From assembly GCA_029974275.1 (NCBI GenBank), contig JARKSN010000330.1:1-42978 (forward strand): a stretch of 42,978 nucleotides of DNA. Reading direction: 5' to 3'. Below the pieces are notes generated by a model, which saw only the letters and a program-made list of their open reading frames with translations, had not been told where the DNA came from and searched no databases. Shown piece by piece: positions 29,751 through 38,589 of the stretch. Source of the DNA: Candidatus Hydrogenedentota bacterium (GTDB lineage: Bacteria > Hydrogenedentota > Hydrogenedentia > Hydrogenedentales > SLHB01). How positions within the stretch are numbered: the stretch's first letter is position 1; each line of letters starts with the position of its first letter. Position numbers and translations under genes: made by a program.

Positions 29751-30710
29751 GTGACGCCACGCGATTCAACCATCAGCACAATCGATTGCCGGTACCGTGA
29801 GCCCGGACGCGCCGCCGCATATCTCATTGCGGAGCCCGGCCACGCCGCATTCGTGGATAACAACACCGCCCGCGCCGCGCCCCTCTTGCTCGATGCACTG
29901 CAACGCGCCGGAATGACGCCCGAGCAGGTCGAGGTCCTCATCATCACACATGTGCATCTCGACCATGCGGGGGGAACGTCGGCGCTGCTCGGCGCATGCC
30001 CCAACGCTGTCGTGCTGTGCCACCCAAACGCCGCGCGGCATCTCATCGATCCCGCCCGCCTGACACTCAGCGCCCGACAAGTGTACGGAGAGGAAACCTT
30101 TGCCCGCCTTTACGGCGAGATACATCCCATTCCCAAGAGCCGCGTCCGGACCGTGGAAGACATGGAACCGTTCCGCCTAGGCGACCGAACCCTCACCTTT
30201 CTCCACACGCCCGGCCATGCCAAGCATCATGTCTGCATGCACGATTCGGGCGAAAACGCCGTGTTCACGGGTGACACGTTCGGCGTCGCGTATGCCGCTC
30301 ACCAAATGGGGCCACGTCCCTTCCTCCTGTGTTCGACCGCGCCCACCGATTTCGATCCGGCGGCGGCGCGGCGCAGCATCGAACGCATTCTCGCCACGGG
30401 CGCCGACTGCGTCTATCTTTCGCATTTCGGATCCCTGGATAACCCGCGCGCGGCAGGCGAGGACCTCATGGACGACATTGCGCGAATGGAGGCGATTCTG
30501 GAGGATGCCGCGTCGGCATCGAGCCTGAGCGGCGAGGCATTGGTCTCGTTTTGCCAAGAACGCGTGCGGGATGCCGTGCGGACGCATCTCGAGGGCTGCG
30601 GCATCGCGCCACAAGGCGAGGCCATGGATGCGCTTCTGCCGGATATTCAGGTGAACGGACAGGGTCTGGCCGTTGCCGCGGAACGCCGGCGGCGCGCGGC
30701 GGGCGGGTGA
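29751..30710 (+). CDS. Metallo-beta-lactamase-fold hydrolase
   Basis: THVHLDHAGG, HTPGHAKHH, FTGDTFG and LSHFG. GTG start 2 nt after the upstream stop; the ORF-track extension to 28878 is spurious. Confidence 0.9.
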   Translation: MTPRDSTISTIDCRYREPGRAAAYLIAEPGHAAFVDNNTARAAPLLLDALQRAGMTPEQVEVLIITHVHLDHAGGTSALLGACPNAVVLCHPNAARHLIDPARLTLSARQVYGEETFARLYGEIHPIPKSRVRTVEDMEPFRLGDRTLTFLHTPGHAKHHVCMHDSGENAVFTGDTFGVAYAAHQMGPRPFLLCSTAPTDFDPAAARRSIERILATGADCVYLSHFGSLDNPRAAGEDLMDDIARMEAILEDAASASSLSGEALVSFCQERVRDAVRTHLEGCGIAPQGEAMDALLPDIQVNGQGLAVAAERRRRAAGG

Positions 30711-30757
30711 AACGCGTTGGCGACGGGGCGCGCCCATCGAACGCCTGGAGTGTGACA

Positions 30758-32068
30758 ATGCTCGTTTGCAAAGAACCCGACGTGGCCCTGACGGTCGCGA
30801 TTCTGGTCAGGAACTGCGCTGCGGACCTGTACCGGCTGGCGCCGCGTTTGCGCGCCCTCCTCGATCAACAAGGAATGTCCTACGAGATCATCATCGTTGA
30901 TCTCGCCTCCACAGACGGCGCGGACCGGGCGGTAGACACAACGGGCGTGCGCTACATCAAGCTGCCTACAGCGGAATACGGAGCCGCCGTGATGCGCGCC
31001 GCAGCCGAAGCGCGCGGCATGCACCTGGCGACGATCGAGCCTGGCAGTCCCGATCTCCCCCAACTCGTGATCGCATTGTGGGCGGCGCGCGACAAAGGAG
31101 ACGTGATCATCGCTTCGCGCTTCGCGCCGGAGGGCCGTTCCGGATCGGGATTGCTTCGCAGAGTCCTTAGCCGCTCCCTGAATCGCGTATTCGCGGCAGG
31201 ATTGTCGATTCCCGTGCATGACCTGTCATGCGGCCTGCGCCTGTATCACAGACGCGTGTTCCAAGGCCTGGACGCCGTTTTTTCAAGCTATGTTTTCCTG
31301 GTGGAAGTGCTGCTCAAGGCGTTCGCACGCGGCATGGATATCCACGAGATGCCCTACCGGCACGTTCCCGCCCGCCGAGAGGCGTCGCTGCGCCGATTGG
31401 CCGGGTTCGCGCTGGAATATTGCGCGTTGTTCTGGAAAGTGTGGCGCGTGCGCAATTCGATCGAATTTCCGGACTACGATTGGCGCGCACACGACAGCCG
31501 CATCCCCCTGCAACGCTATTGGCAACGGCGGCGGCGACGGATCATCCTGGATTTCACGCCGGCTTTTGTATCAACGCTGGACGTCGGATGCGGAACCAGC
31601 CGCATTTTGGCCGATTTGCCGCATGCCGTGGGGCTTGACAGACGACGCGACAAATTGGCCTTCATGCGACGCACCAACCCGCTCCTTGTGCAGGGAGACG
31701 GTCTGCGCCTGCCGTTTCGCGATGACCAGTTCGAATGCATCGTGTGTTCGCAGGTGATTGAGCACATTCCCGACGAGGGCGGCCGCTTGCTAGATGAACT
31801 CACGCGCGTGTTGCGGCCAGGCGGCATATTGGTCTTGGGCACGCCGGATTACGCCACGTGGCAGTGGCCGTTGATCGAGTGGCTATACGGCAAGGTGACG
31901 CCGGGCGCATATGCCGATGAGCACGTCACGCGCTACACGAACGCGACCTTGCGCGCGGCGCTAACGGCTCGCGGGCATGAAATTTTGGACCAAGCCTACA
32001 TCTGCCGCGCGGAACTGGTGATGCGGGCGCGCAAAATCGGAGAGAAACTTCCGTCGCCGGCTTGTTGA
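30758..32068 (+). CDS. Fusion of a degenerate DPM-synthase-like GT2 domain and a class I SAM-dependent methyltransferase
   Basis: N-half has YEIIIVDLASTDGA, YGAAV, DVIIASRF, HDLSCGLRLY and IHEMPY. C-half has LDVGCG, GDGLRLPF, CSQVIEHI and RVLRPGG. ATG 30758 after GGAG; GTG 30707 is an alternative. Confidence 0.85.
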   Translation: MLVCKEPDVALTVAILVRNCAADLYRLAPRLRALLDQQGMSYEIIIVDLASTDGADRAVDTTGVRYIKLPTAEYGAAVMRAAAEARGMHLATIEPGSPDLPQLVIALWAARDKGDVIIASRFAPEGRSGSGLLRRVLSRSLNRVFAAGLSIPVHDLSCGLRLYHRRVFQGLDAVFSSYVFLVEVLLKAFARGMDIHEMPYRHVPARREASLRRLAGFALEYCALFWKVWRVRNSIEFPDYDWRAHDSRIPLQRYWQRRRRRIILDFTPAFVSTLDVGCGTSRILADLPHAVGLDRRRDKLAFMRRTNPLLVQGDGLRLPFRDDQFECIVCSQVIEHIPDEGGRLLDELTRVLRPGGILVLGTPDYATWQWPLIEWLYGKVTPGAYADEHVTRYTNATLRAALTARGHEILDQAYICRAELVMRARKIGEKLPSPAC

Positions 32069-32186
32069 TGCTCGCTCCGGTTCGCCCAACGGCAACGCGC
32101 CGTTTTCTCTCCCAGAAATATGCATAATCCGGTTTTCACACAGCGGCGCCCGTCCCATGCGGCGGATAATGCCCGCCGGGAGCGAT

Positions 32187-33584
32187 ATGATCACGAAATC
32201 GGAGTCCTCGGACACCACACATAGACGCGGCGAATCCCGCTGGGCCGGACTGCGCGAAGTCTTGAACATGGCCATTCCGGTGATCGTGGGCTCTTTCAGC
32301 TACACCCTGATGGGTTTCGTCGATCAGGCCATGGTGGGCCGTCTGGGATCGAGCGCGCTCGCCGCCGTCGGCTCAGGCGGCATCTGGGCTTTCACCGTAT
32401 CGACGTTTTTCATCGGCGTGACGAGTTGCGTGGCGACGTTTGTTTCCCAAAGCCGAGGCCGCGGGGACTTCGAGAGCTGCGGGCGTTATGCATGGCAAGG
32501 CATTCACTTTTCGTTGCTCACAGGCGCGATCGGCTTTTTCTGCTGGCCGATAAGCGGCCCTCTGTTCCGGTCGATGCACCATGCGCCGGACGTGACCGCA
32601 ATGGAAATCCAATATTTTCAGCTTCGCATGTTGGGATTCGCGTTCGTGACCTGGCAAACGGCTCTCGCATCGTTCTTCCAAGCCGTGGGACGCCCCCATA
32701 TCCCGACTCTCACCGCGATCGCCAGCAACCTTGTCAACTTTGCCTTGAATTACGCGCTTATTTTCGGCCATTGGGGATTTCCCGCAATGGGCATCCGCGG
32801 CAGCGCCATCGCGACCGTCATCGCGCTGGGATGTCAGGTCGCAATGATGCAGGCTCTTTTTCTAGGGCCGCGGCATCACGCCGAGTTCCGCACACGCAGC
32901 AGCTGCGGCCTTGACTTCCAGAAGATGCGCGAACTGCTGCGCATTGGATGGCCCGCCGGCATGATGTTCCTGATCGATATCGTGAATTGGAGCGTGTTCA
33001 CGAGTTACATCGTCGGGCATTTCGGCACGACGCAGTTGGCGGCTCACAATGCCGCCATGAATTTCATGGCGCTCTCGTTCATGCCGGCGGTCGGCCTCAA
33101 TCACGCCATCGCGCCCATTGTGGGCCAATGGATCGGACGAGGCGACATCGCCCGCGCCAAGGCCCGCACCTATACCGCGTTGCGCCTTGCCATCGGCTAC
33201 ATGACCTGCATGGGCATTCTGATGGGGACGTTCGGCGCGGAACTCATCCGGTCCGTGTTCAGCGTCGATCCGGAAGTCGTCCGCATCGGAAAGATATTGC
33301 TTGTCCTCGCGGCCCTATTTCAGGCTTTTGACGCAGTCAACATAACGGTGTCGGGCGCGTTGCGCGGAGCGGGCGATACGCGCTGGATGGCCGTGATGTC
33401 GTTTCTGGGGACCTATCTATTCTTCTTGCCCTTGGCGCTCTTTTTCGCGTTCGTGATGCACTGGCAGGCGGTGGGCGCGTGGATTGGCGCGACCGCCTAC
33501 ATCATTGCGCTGAGCGGCGTCCTGTTCTTGCGGTTTCACCGGGAAAAATGGCGCCATATCAGCATCTTCACTCCCGAGACGTGA
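32187..33584 (+). CDS. MATE-family efflux transporter / flippase
   Basis: FVDQAMVGRLG, ALAAVG, LIFGHWGFPAMGIRGSAIAT, IGWPAG and GALRGAGDT, with about 12 TM helices. Confidence 0.93.
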   Translation: MITKSESSDTTHRRGESRWAGLREVLNMAIPVIVGSFSYTLMGFVDQAMVGRLGSSALAAVGSGGIWAFTVSTFFIGVTSCVATFVSQSRGRGDFESCGRYAWQGIHFSLLTGAIGFFCWPISGPLFRSMHHAPDVTAMEIQYFQLRMLGFAFVTWQTALASFFQAVGRPHIPTLTAIASNLVNFALNYALIFGHWGFPAMGIRGSAIATVIALGCQVAMMQALFLGPRHHAEFRTRSSCGLDFQKMRELLRIGWPAGMMFLIDIVNWSVFTSYIVGHFGTTQLAAHNAAMNFMALSFMPAVGLNHAIAPIVGQWIGRGDIARAKARTYTALRLAIGYMTCMGILMGTFGAELIRSVFSVDPEVVRIGKILLVLAALFQAFDAVNITVSGALRGAGDTRWMAVMSFLGTYLFFLPLALFFAFVMHWQAVGAWIGATAYIIALSGVLFLRFHREKWRHISIFTPET

Positions 33585-33605
33585 TTCGGAACGCCGGAAA
33601 AGACG

Positions 33606-34940
33606 TCACAGCCGCCAGGGACCGCGATAGACCGGACGGAGGAGCGCGTCCGCTTCGGGCGGATTGCGAAGGCTCCGTTGTTTTTCATCCCATGCGACCG
33701 TCCTGCCCGCGCGCAAGGCCACGTTACCGAGCAGGATCGTTTCGGTGAAAACTGCCGCCTGCTCGAACGGAAACGACGGCAAGGGGCCTCCCCTACAGGC
33801 ATTGGCCCATTCGCGCCAATGCGAGACCTCCGCGTCCGGAAGGCTCTGCGCGGGCGGCGCGAAGGCGCGCATCCGATCGCGCGGGACAAGCCGCGGCCCT
33901 TCGCCATAGCCGTATGGACCAATCGCGATCGTGCCGCTATCTCCGATGAAGAGCGTTCCGCTGCCATCCAGCCCGAGCGTTTCATTCGGATCGACGCCCT
34001 CGGGACGCGGCGGCAGCTTGCCGCCGTCGCGCCACGTCAGGGTCACGGGGGGCAATTCGCCGCGCGCCGGAAATTCAAAACGGATTGTGGACCAGGCCGG
34101 CGCGGTTTCTTGGTTGACGGGCGAGGACTCCGCCGTAATGCGCGCCGGAGTCCCAAGCTTCAGCGCCAACCACGGCATCAACAACACGTGCGGCCCCATG
34201 TCGCCGAGCGCGCCCGTCCCGAAATCCCACCAACCGCGCCAGTTCAAGCCCAAATAACACGGATGATACGGCCGCTCCGGGGCAGGGCCCAGCCACATGT
34301 CCCAGTCAAGGGTGGCCGGAGGAAGCGGCGCATCGACAGGGCGATCGATGCCCTGCGGCCACAGGGGCCGGTCCGTCCAGCAATGAACTTCGCGCACGGA
34401 ACCGATCACGCCTGCTTCCATCCATTCGCGCAAACGCCGGATTCCGGGCGAAGCCATGCCTTGGCTTCCTGCTTGGGTGACGACGCCGCAGCTCTTCGCG
34501 GTCTCGGCGATCGCGCGCGCTTCGTGAATCGTGCGCGCCAGCGGTTTCTCGCAAAAGACGTGCTTGCCGAGACGCATCGCGGCGGAAGCGATCGCGGCAT
34601 GCCAATGGTCCGGCGTCGCAACAACCACCGCGTCGATGTCTTTTTGCTTGTCAAACAAGATGCGGAAATCGCGATAGCGCGGAACGTTCGGGAAACGCCG
34701 GTACGCCTCGGCCGCGGAAGCATCGTCGACATCGCAAAACGCCGCCACGACATCATCGGGAAATTCATTGAGCAGCAGCGTTCCCTGTCGGCCCAAACCG
34801 ATAAACGCAAGATTCAAGCGCTGGTTCGCCGACATCGTGCGTGTGCGTTTTTGCGCGCGCGGGCGGCATGCGGCATACGTCGACGCCGCGCCGATCGCGG
34901 CGGTCGTCAAAAACGTCCGCCGGCTGCATTGCCTGGTCAT
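33606..34940 (-). CDS. Tat-exported Gfo/Idh/MocA family oxidoreductase
   Basis: Twin-arginine signal SRRTFL, IGLGRQG, VATPDHWH, HVFCEKPL, WDMWLGPAP and WRGWWDFGTGALGDMGPH. Confidence 0.93.
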   Translation of the reverse strand: MTRQCSRRTFLTTAAIGAASTYAACRPRAQKRTRTMSANQRLNLAFIGLGRQGTLLLNEFPDDVVAAFCDVDDASAAEAYRRFPNVPRYRDFRILFDKQKDIDAVVVATPDHWHAAIASAAMRLGKHVFCEKPLARTIHEARAIAETAKSCGVVTQAGSQGMASPGIRRLREWMEAGVIGSVREVHCWTDRPLWPQGIDRPVDAPLPPATLDWDMWLGPAPERPYHPCYLGLNWRGWWDFGTGALGDMGPHVLLMPWLALKLGTPARITAESSPVNQETAPAWSTIRFEFPARGELPPVTLTWRDGGKLPPRPEGVDPNETLGLDGSGTLFIGDSGTIAIGPYGYGEGPRLVPRDRMRAFAPPAQSLPDAEVSHWREWANACRGGPLPSFPFEQAAVFTETILLGNVALRAGRTVAWDEKQRSLRNPPEADALLRPVYRGPWRL

Positions 34941-34979
34941 GATGCTACCTTTCCTTCACGGCTCGGCGCGCCGAACGCC

Positions 34980-35915
34980 TCAGGGGCTCGATGACGCTTC
35001 AGCCGGCATCTTGCGAAAATACCGTTGCGTCGTCGATGGAAACAACGCCCCCGCGAACCGCTTGATCTCGGTCTTGACGACGCGCAACGCATCCCCCGTC
35101 ACATGAACGATGGGAGCCGCGACGGGACAAAAGCCCGCCCGCATGGCAATGCGACGCAAGGTCTCGGGGGTATAGGCATTGATGTGATCAAGCGGATGTA
35201 TCTTGCGGTAGTCGCGTTCCGTCCTGATGTCCGTCACGTTGCTGCAATCGGGCGTCTCCAGGACCAGAACGCCGTCCGGAAGCATGAGCGCATGAAGCGA
35301 CTGGAGCGCGGCAAGCGGCGCATCCAGATGTTCCAGCACCTCAAACAACGTGATGGCGTGAAACCGCATGGAGGCGGGCAGGTCCTCGATGTCGGAAACA
35401 ATATGCACCTGCCCCCCTTGACGGCGCGCAGGGGAACGATCAATGCCGCAGCAAACAAAGCCGAATCGCTCGCACACCGCTAAAAAATCGCCGAAACCGC
35501 ACCCAAAATCCAATATGCGAACTTCCTGCCCCCCGCGGAGCGCGCGCGTCATTTTCTCGATGCGCAACACGTGCTGCACGTGATCCCGGCCCTTTGCAAA
35601 ACGATGCGCCGGCGTATCGGCATGAGCGCTGAACTGCCGGATCGCCGACTCGGACATCCATTCCGAAAAACGTCTTTCATTCCAAGCCGGCGCCAACACC
35701 CGTTTGTGGAACGTTTGCCCGCATGCCGTGCAGCGAACATAGGCCCACCGCTCGCTCTCGATATAGGGCAAAGGCGATGTTCCCCACGGGTCGCGATCAA
35801 GGAACGTCCGCAAGGGTTCATCGCCAAATCGCCCGCCCGCCAACTCGTCCAGCCGGTTCGAACCGCAACTGATGCAGTGACGCCGCTCAACGAATGCCGC
35901 ACGTTGTTCTTCCAT
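34980..35915 (-). CDS. Class I SAM-dependent methyltransferase with N-terminal Zn-ribbon CxxC pairs
   Basis: CISC...CTAC, ILDFGCGFG and ITLFEVLEHL. Start moved to ATG 35915 behind GAGAGGG. Confidence 0.85.
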   Translation of the reverse strand: MEEQRAAFVERRHCISCGSNRLDELAGGRFGDEPLRTFLDRDPWGTSPLPYIESERWAYVRCTACGQTFHKRVLAPAWNERRFSEWMSESAIRQFSAHADTPAHRFAKGRDHVQHVLRIEKMTRALRGGQEVRILDFGCGFGDFLAVCERFGFVCCGIDRSPARRQGGQVHIVSDIEDLPASMRFHAITLFEVLEHLDAPLAALQSLHALMLPDGVLVLETPDCSNVTDIRTERDYRKIHPLDHINAYTPETLRRIAMRAGFCPVAAPIVHVTGDALRVVKTEIKRFAGALFPSTTQRYFRKMPAEASSSP

Positions 35916-36119
35916 CTTTCCCTCTCTCGGATTGGGCGGCGAACATCCCGCCGCCGAGAAACTACTATGCCACCCAAGGCACGAGCGCGCAACACGGACG
36001 CCCGCAGAACGCCGGAATCCGTCCGGAACAGAAAAGGACGGAGTTCGAATGAAATCAATTTTCGATGAATTACTATAAATATAGTATGGTATAATATGAT
36101 ATAGCTTTATTTCATATAG

Positions 36120-36149
36120 TTGACACATATACCTAACATATGCTATTTT
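36120..36149 (+). promoter_or_regulatory. Sigma70-type promoter in an AT-rich patch upstream of the tandem lipoproteins
   Basis: TTGACA, 18-nt spacer, TATTTT with an extended -10 TG, inside a strongly AT-rich stretch (~36050-36152). Confidence 0.6.
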
Positions 36150-36245
36150 AAGATGGCGGCGCGTTGTGGGGACTCATACTGTGCATGATTCCTGGTGGAA
36201 CCAGCCGCCCGCAGAAAAAGGAGCAAAAAGAAGGAGGACATTGCA

Positions 36246-36689
36246 ATGCGTAAAGTATCCGTGATCCTGGCGTTGTTGTCGTGCACATGTTTGATCGGCT
36301 GCCCCAGCACCTCTGGTGGAACAGGCTTGGTGGGAAAATGGCTCTACATGGACCCCGCCGGGAGCGGCGTGGGAATCAAGTTTGATTTTCGCTCCACCGG
36401 AAGGTTTTCCCTGGAGATCATCACGCCCCAGACCGCTGACAGGCTGGCAGCACGGGGAACTTACACGACCGACACAACCGTCACTCCCAACGAGATCATG
36501 ATGCTGGTCGACGGAGTGGGCGCAATAGAAAACGGCAAATGGAAATGGTTCTCACTGACCGAAGATGAACAATACTACTACTACGCTATTTATGAATTGC
36601 TACAGAATGGCAAATTGGCCATGGAACTTAGTGAATACGAAATGCCAACGGAATTCACCGGAAATGCCGCAATCTTCACGCGGCAGTAG
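36246..36689 (+). CDS. Hypothetical lipoprotein, tandem copy 1 (lipocalin-like LVGKW start)
   Basis: AGGAGG SD; MRKVSVILALLSCTCLIG-C lipobox; paralog of the next gene. Confidence 0.85.
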   Translation: MRKVSVILALLSCTCLIGCPSTSGGTGLVGKWLYMDPAGSGVGIKFDFRSTGRFSLEIITPQTADRLAARGTYTTDTTVTPNEIMMLVDGVGAIENGKWKWFSLTEDEQYYYYAIYELLQNGKLAMELSEYEMPTEFTGNAAIFTRQ

Positions 36690-36775
36690 GTTCGCGAACC
36701 GGTCGCGCCGTAACCGGTTCGACCTGGATGAATCTATCGCCCACAGAAAAGCAACAAAAATAGGAGGACATTGCA

Positions 36776-37237
36776 ATGCGTAAAGTATCCGTGATCCTGG
36801 CGTTGTTGTCGTGCGTATGTCTGATCGGCTGTCCCAGCGCCATTCCCCGCGGCTTGGTGGGAAAATGGCTCTACATGGAGGACCCCTCCGGGAGCGGCAA
36901 GGTAATCAAGCTTGATTTTCGCTCCGCCGGAAGGTTTTCCATGGAGATCATCTCGCCCGAGACCGTTGACACGCCCCAAGCCGCTGACAGGTTGGCATAT
37001 CGGGGAACCTACGTGACCGACACGACCGTCACTCCCAACGAGCTCACGATGCAGATCGACGAAGTAGGGGAGATAGTAAATGGAAGATGGAAATGGGAAC
37101 TCGTGCCCAACTGGGAAACTATCTCAATTTTCGCCATTTACGAGTTGCAAACCGATGGCAAATTGAAAATGGAAGTTAGTGAAGACGAAATGCCGACGGA
37201 ATTCACCGAAAATGTCTTTTTCTTCACGCGGCAGTAG
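36776..37237 (+). CDS. Hypothetical lipoprotein, tandem copy 2
   Basis: Same SD and nearly identical signal peptide (MRKVSVILALLSCVCLIG-C); shares GLVGKWLYM, DTTVTPNE, AIYEL, EMPTEFT and FTRQ with copy 1. Confidence 0.88.
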   Translation: MRKVSVILALLSCVCLIGCPSAIPRGLVGKWLYMEDPSGSGKVIKLDFRSAGRFSMEIISPETVDTPQAADRLAYRGTYVTDTTVTPNELTMQIDEVGEIVNGRWKWELVPNWETISIFAIYELQTDGKLKMEVSEDEMPTEFTENVFFFTRQ

Positions 37238-37280
37238 GTTCGAGAACCGGTTCGGCGCCGAAGCGTAACCGATGACGCAT

Positions 37281-37310
37281 GGGGCGGGACGCCGAGCAGG
37301 CGCCCGCCCC
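37281..37310. terminator. GC-rich hairpin between convergent genes (possible bidirectional terminator or REP-like element)
   Basis: GGGGCGGG-a-CGCC-gagca-GGCG-CCCGCCCC with no U-tract. Confidence 0.4.
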
Positions 37311-37324
37311 GTCGCCTTGGATCC

Positions 37325-38467
37325 CTATACGTTTCCGAAGGCTTTTTCCAGGTCTGCGATGAGGTCATCGAGATGTTCGATGCCGACGGAGATGCGGACG
37401 AGGTCTTCGGTGATGCCGATCGCGGCGCGGACATCCTCGGGCATGGAGACGTGGGTCATCGTGCAGGGGTGCTCAATGAGCGACTCGACGCCCCCGAGCG
37501 ATTCCGCGAGCGTAAACAGATTGACGCCGCCCAGCAGGCGGAAGACCTCTTCGCGCCCGCCGTTGACACGAAACGAGAAGGTGCCGCCGAAACCAGTCAT
37601 TTGCGTAAGCGCTAATGCGTGTTGCGGGTGGCTTTCGAGGCCGGGGTGCAACACAGAAGCCACCTTGGGATGTTTCTCGAGCCAGCGCGCGATGCCGATC
37701 GCATTGCGGTTATGCTCCTCCATGCGGATAGCGAGGGTCTTGATGCCGCGCAACACGAGGAAACAATCCTGCGGCCCGGAGCAGGTTCCCATCGCGTTTT
37801 GCAGGAAACCGATTTGCTCGGCCAGCGCCGGGTCTTTCACAACCACCGCCCCGCCGACAACGTCGCTGTGGCCGTTGATATACTTCGTGGTCGAATGCAC
37901 GACGATGTCGATGCCGAATTCGAGCGGCCGCTGGAAATACGGCGAGAGAAACGTGTTGTCGCAAATCGTCGTGACATTGCGTTCGCGCGCCACGTTTGCC
38001 ACCGCCGCAAGATCGACAAGATTCATGAGCGGATTGGTTGGCGTCTCGATCCAGACGGCCTTGGTGTCTGGGCAGATGGCTTTTTGAAGCGCCGCCACGT
38101 CGCGCAGGTTCACGAACTCGATGTCCACGCCTTTTGGCGCAATCACGCTCATCAGCAAACGATAGGTGCCGCCGTAGAGGTCGTCGTGAATGATAAGGTG
38201 ATCGCCGGGACCGTACATGGCCAGCACGGTGGCTTCCGCGGCCATGCCGGTCGCGAAAGCAAACCCGAACTCGCCGCCTTCCAACGAAGCCAGACAGCGT
38301 TCAAGCGTCTTGCGGGTCGGATTGCCGCTGCGCGAATAATCGAACTCGCCCGGTTGATTGACGCCTTGGAACGCGAACGTCGACGTCTGGTAGATGGGCG
38401 TCATCACCGCGCCATACGCGGCGTCAGGACCCTGACCTGCGTGAATCGAACGTGTCTTGAAATGCAC
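37325..38467 (-). CDS. metB: Cystathionine gamma-synthase/lyase family PLP enzyme (MetB/MccB-like)
   Basis: PIYQTSTF, YSRSGNPTR, YGGTYRL, ETPTNP, DNTF, HSTTKYINGHSDV (PLP lysine) and LAESLGGVESL; GTG start behind GGAGG. The exact reaction cannot be resolved from sequence. Confidence 0.85.
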   Translation of the reverse strand: MHFKTRSIHAGQGPDAAYGAVMTPIYQTSTFAFQGVNQPGEFDYSRSGNPTRKTLERCLASLEGGEFGFAFATGMAAEATVLAMYGPGDHLIIHDDLYGGTYRLLMSVIAPKGVDIEFVNLRDVAALQKAICPDTKAVWIETPTNPLMNLVDLAAVANVARERNVTTICDNTFLSPYFQRPLEFGIDIVVHSTTKYINGHSDVVGGAVVVKDPALAEQIGFLQNAMGTCSGPQDCFLVLRGIKTLAIRMEEHNRNAIGIARWLEKHPKVASVLHPGLESHPQHALALTQMTGFGGTFSFRVNGGREEVFRLLGGVNLFTLAESLGGVESLIEHPCTMTHVSMPEDVRAAIGITEDLVRISVGIEHLDDLIADLEKAFGNV

Positions 38468-38494
38468 TGATTTGCCTCCGGGTTTTAAGACAAA

Positions 38495-38574
38495 GAGTTA
38501 TTTTGACAGGATTTACAGGCTGGAGGAAAGGCCGATCCCCACTCCTCTTCAATCATGTCAATCATGTAAAACTC
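38495..38574. repeat. Miniature inverted-repeat element of the GACAGGATTTACAGG type
   Basis: gagttaTTTTGACAGGATTTACAGG (38495-38519) ... AATCATGTCAATCATGTAAAActc (38551-38574): imperfect terminal inverted repeats built from 9-bp units. Confidence 0.6.
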
Positions 38575-38589
38575 TCCTGTTTCTTCTTG

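Larger units (their letters stand above)
36232..37250 (+). repeat. Tandem duplication of a ~0.5-kb lipoprotein gene unit
   Basis: 53 identical nt at 36232-36284 and 36762-36814; 22 identical nt at 36673-36694 and 37221-37242. Confidence 0.9.

Noticed and set aside
29751..33584. MBL-fold protein and MATE as an antibiotic-resistance locus
   Set aside because: The MBL lacks a signal peptide and looks like a generic cytoplasmic hydrolase, MATE substrates cannot be inferred, and there is no mobile context.
36232..37271. Lipoprotein repeats as a CRISPR array, integron cassettes or a DGR template/variable pair
   Set aside because: Only two units, and the repeats are coding sequence. There are no cas, intI or reverse transcriptase genes, no convincing RYYYAAC...GTTRRRY attC ends, and the differences are not adenine-specific.
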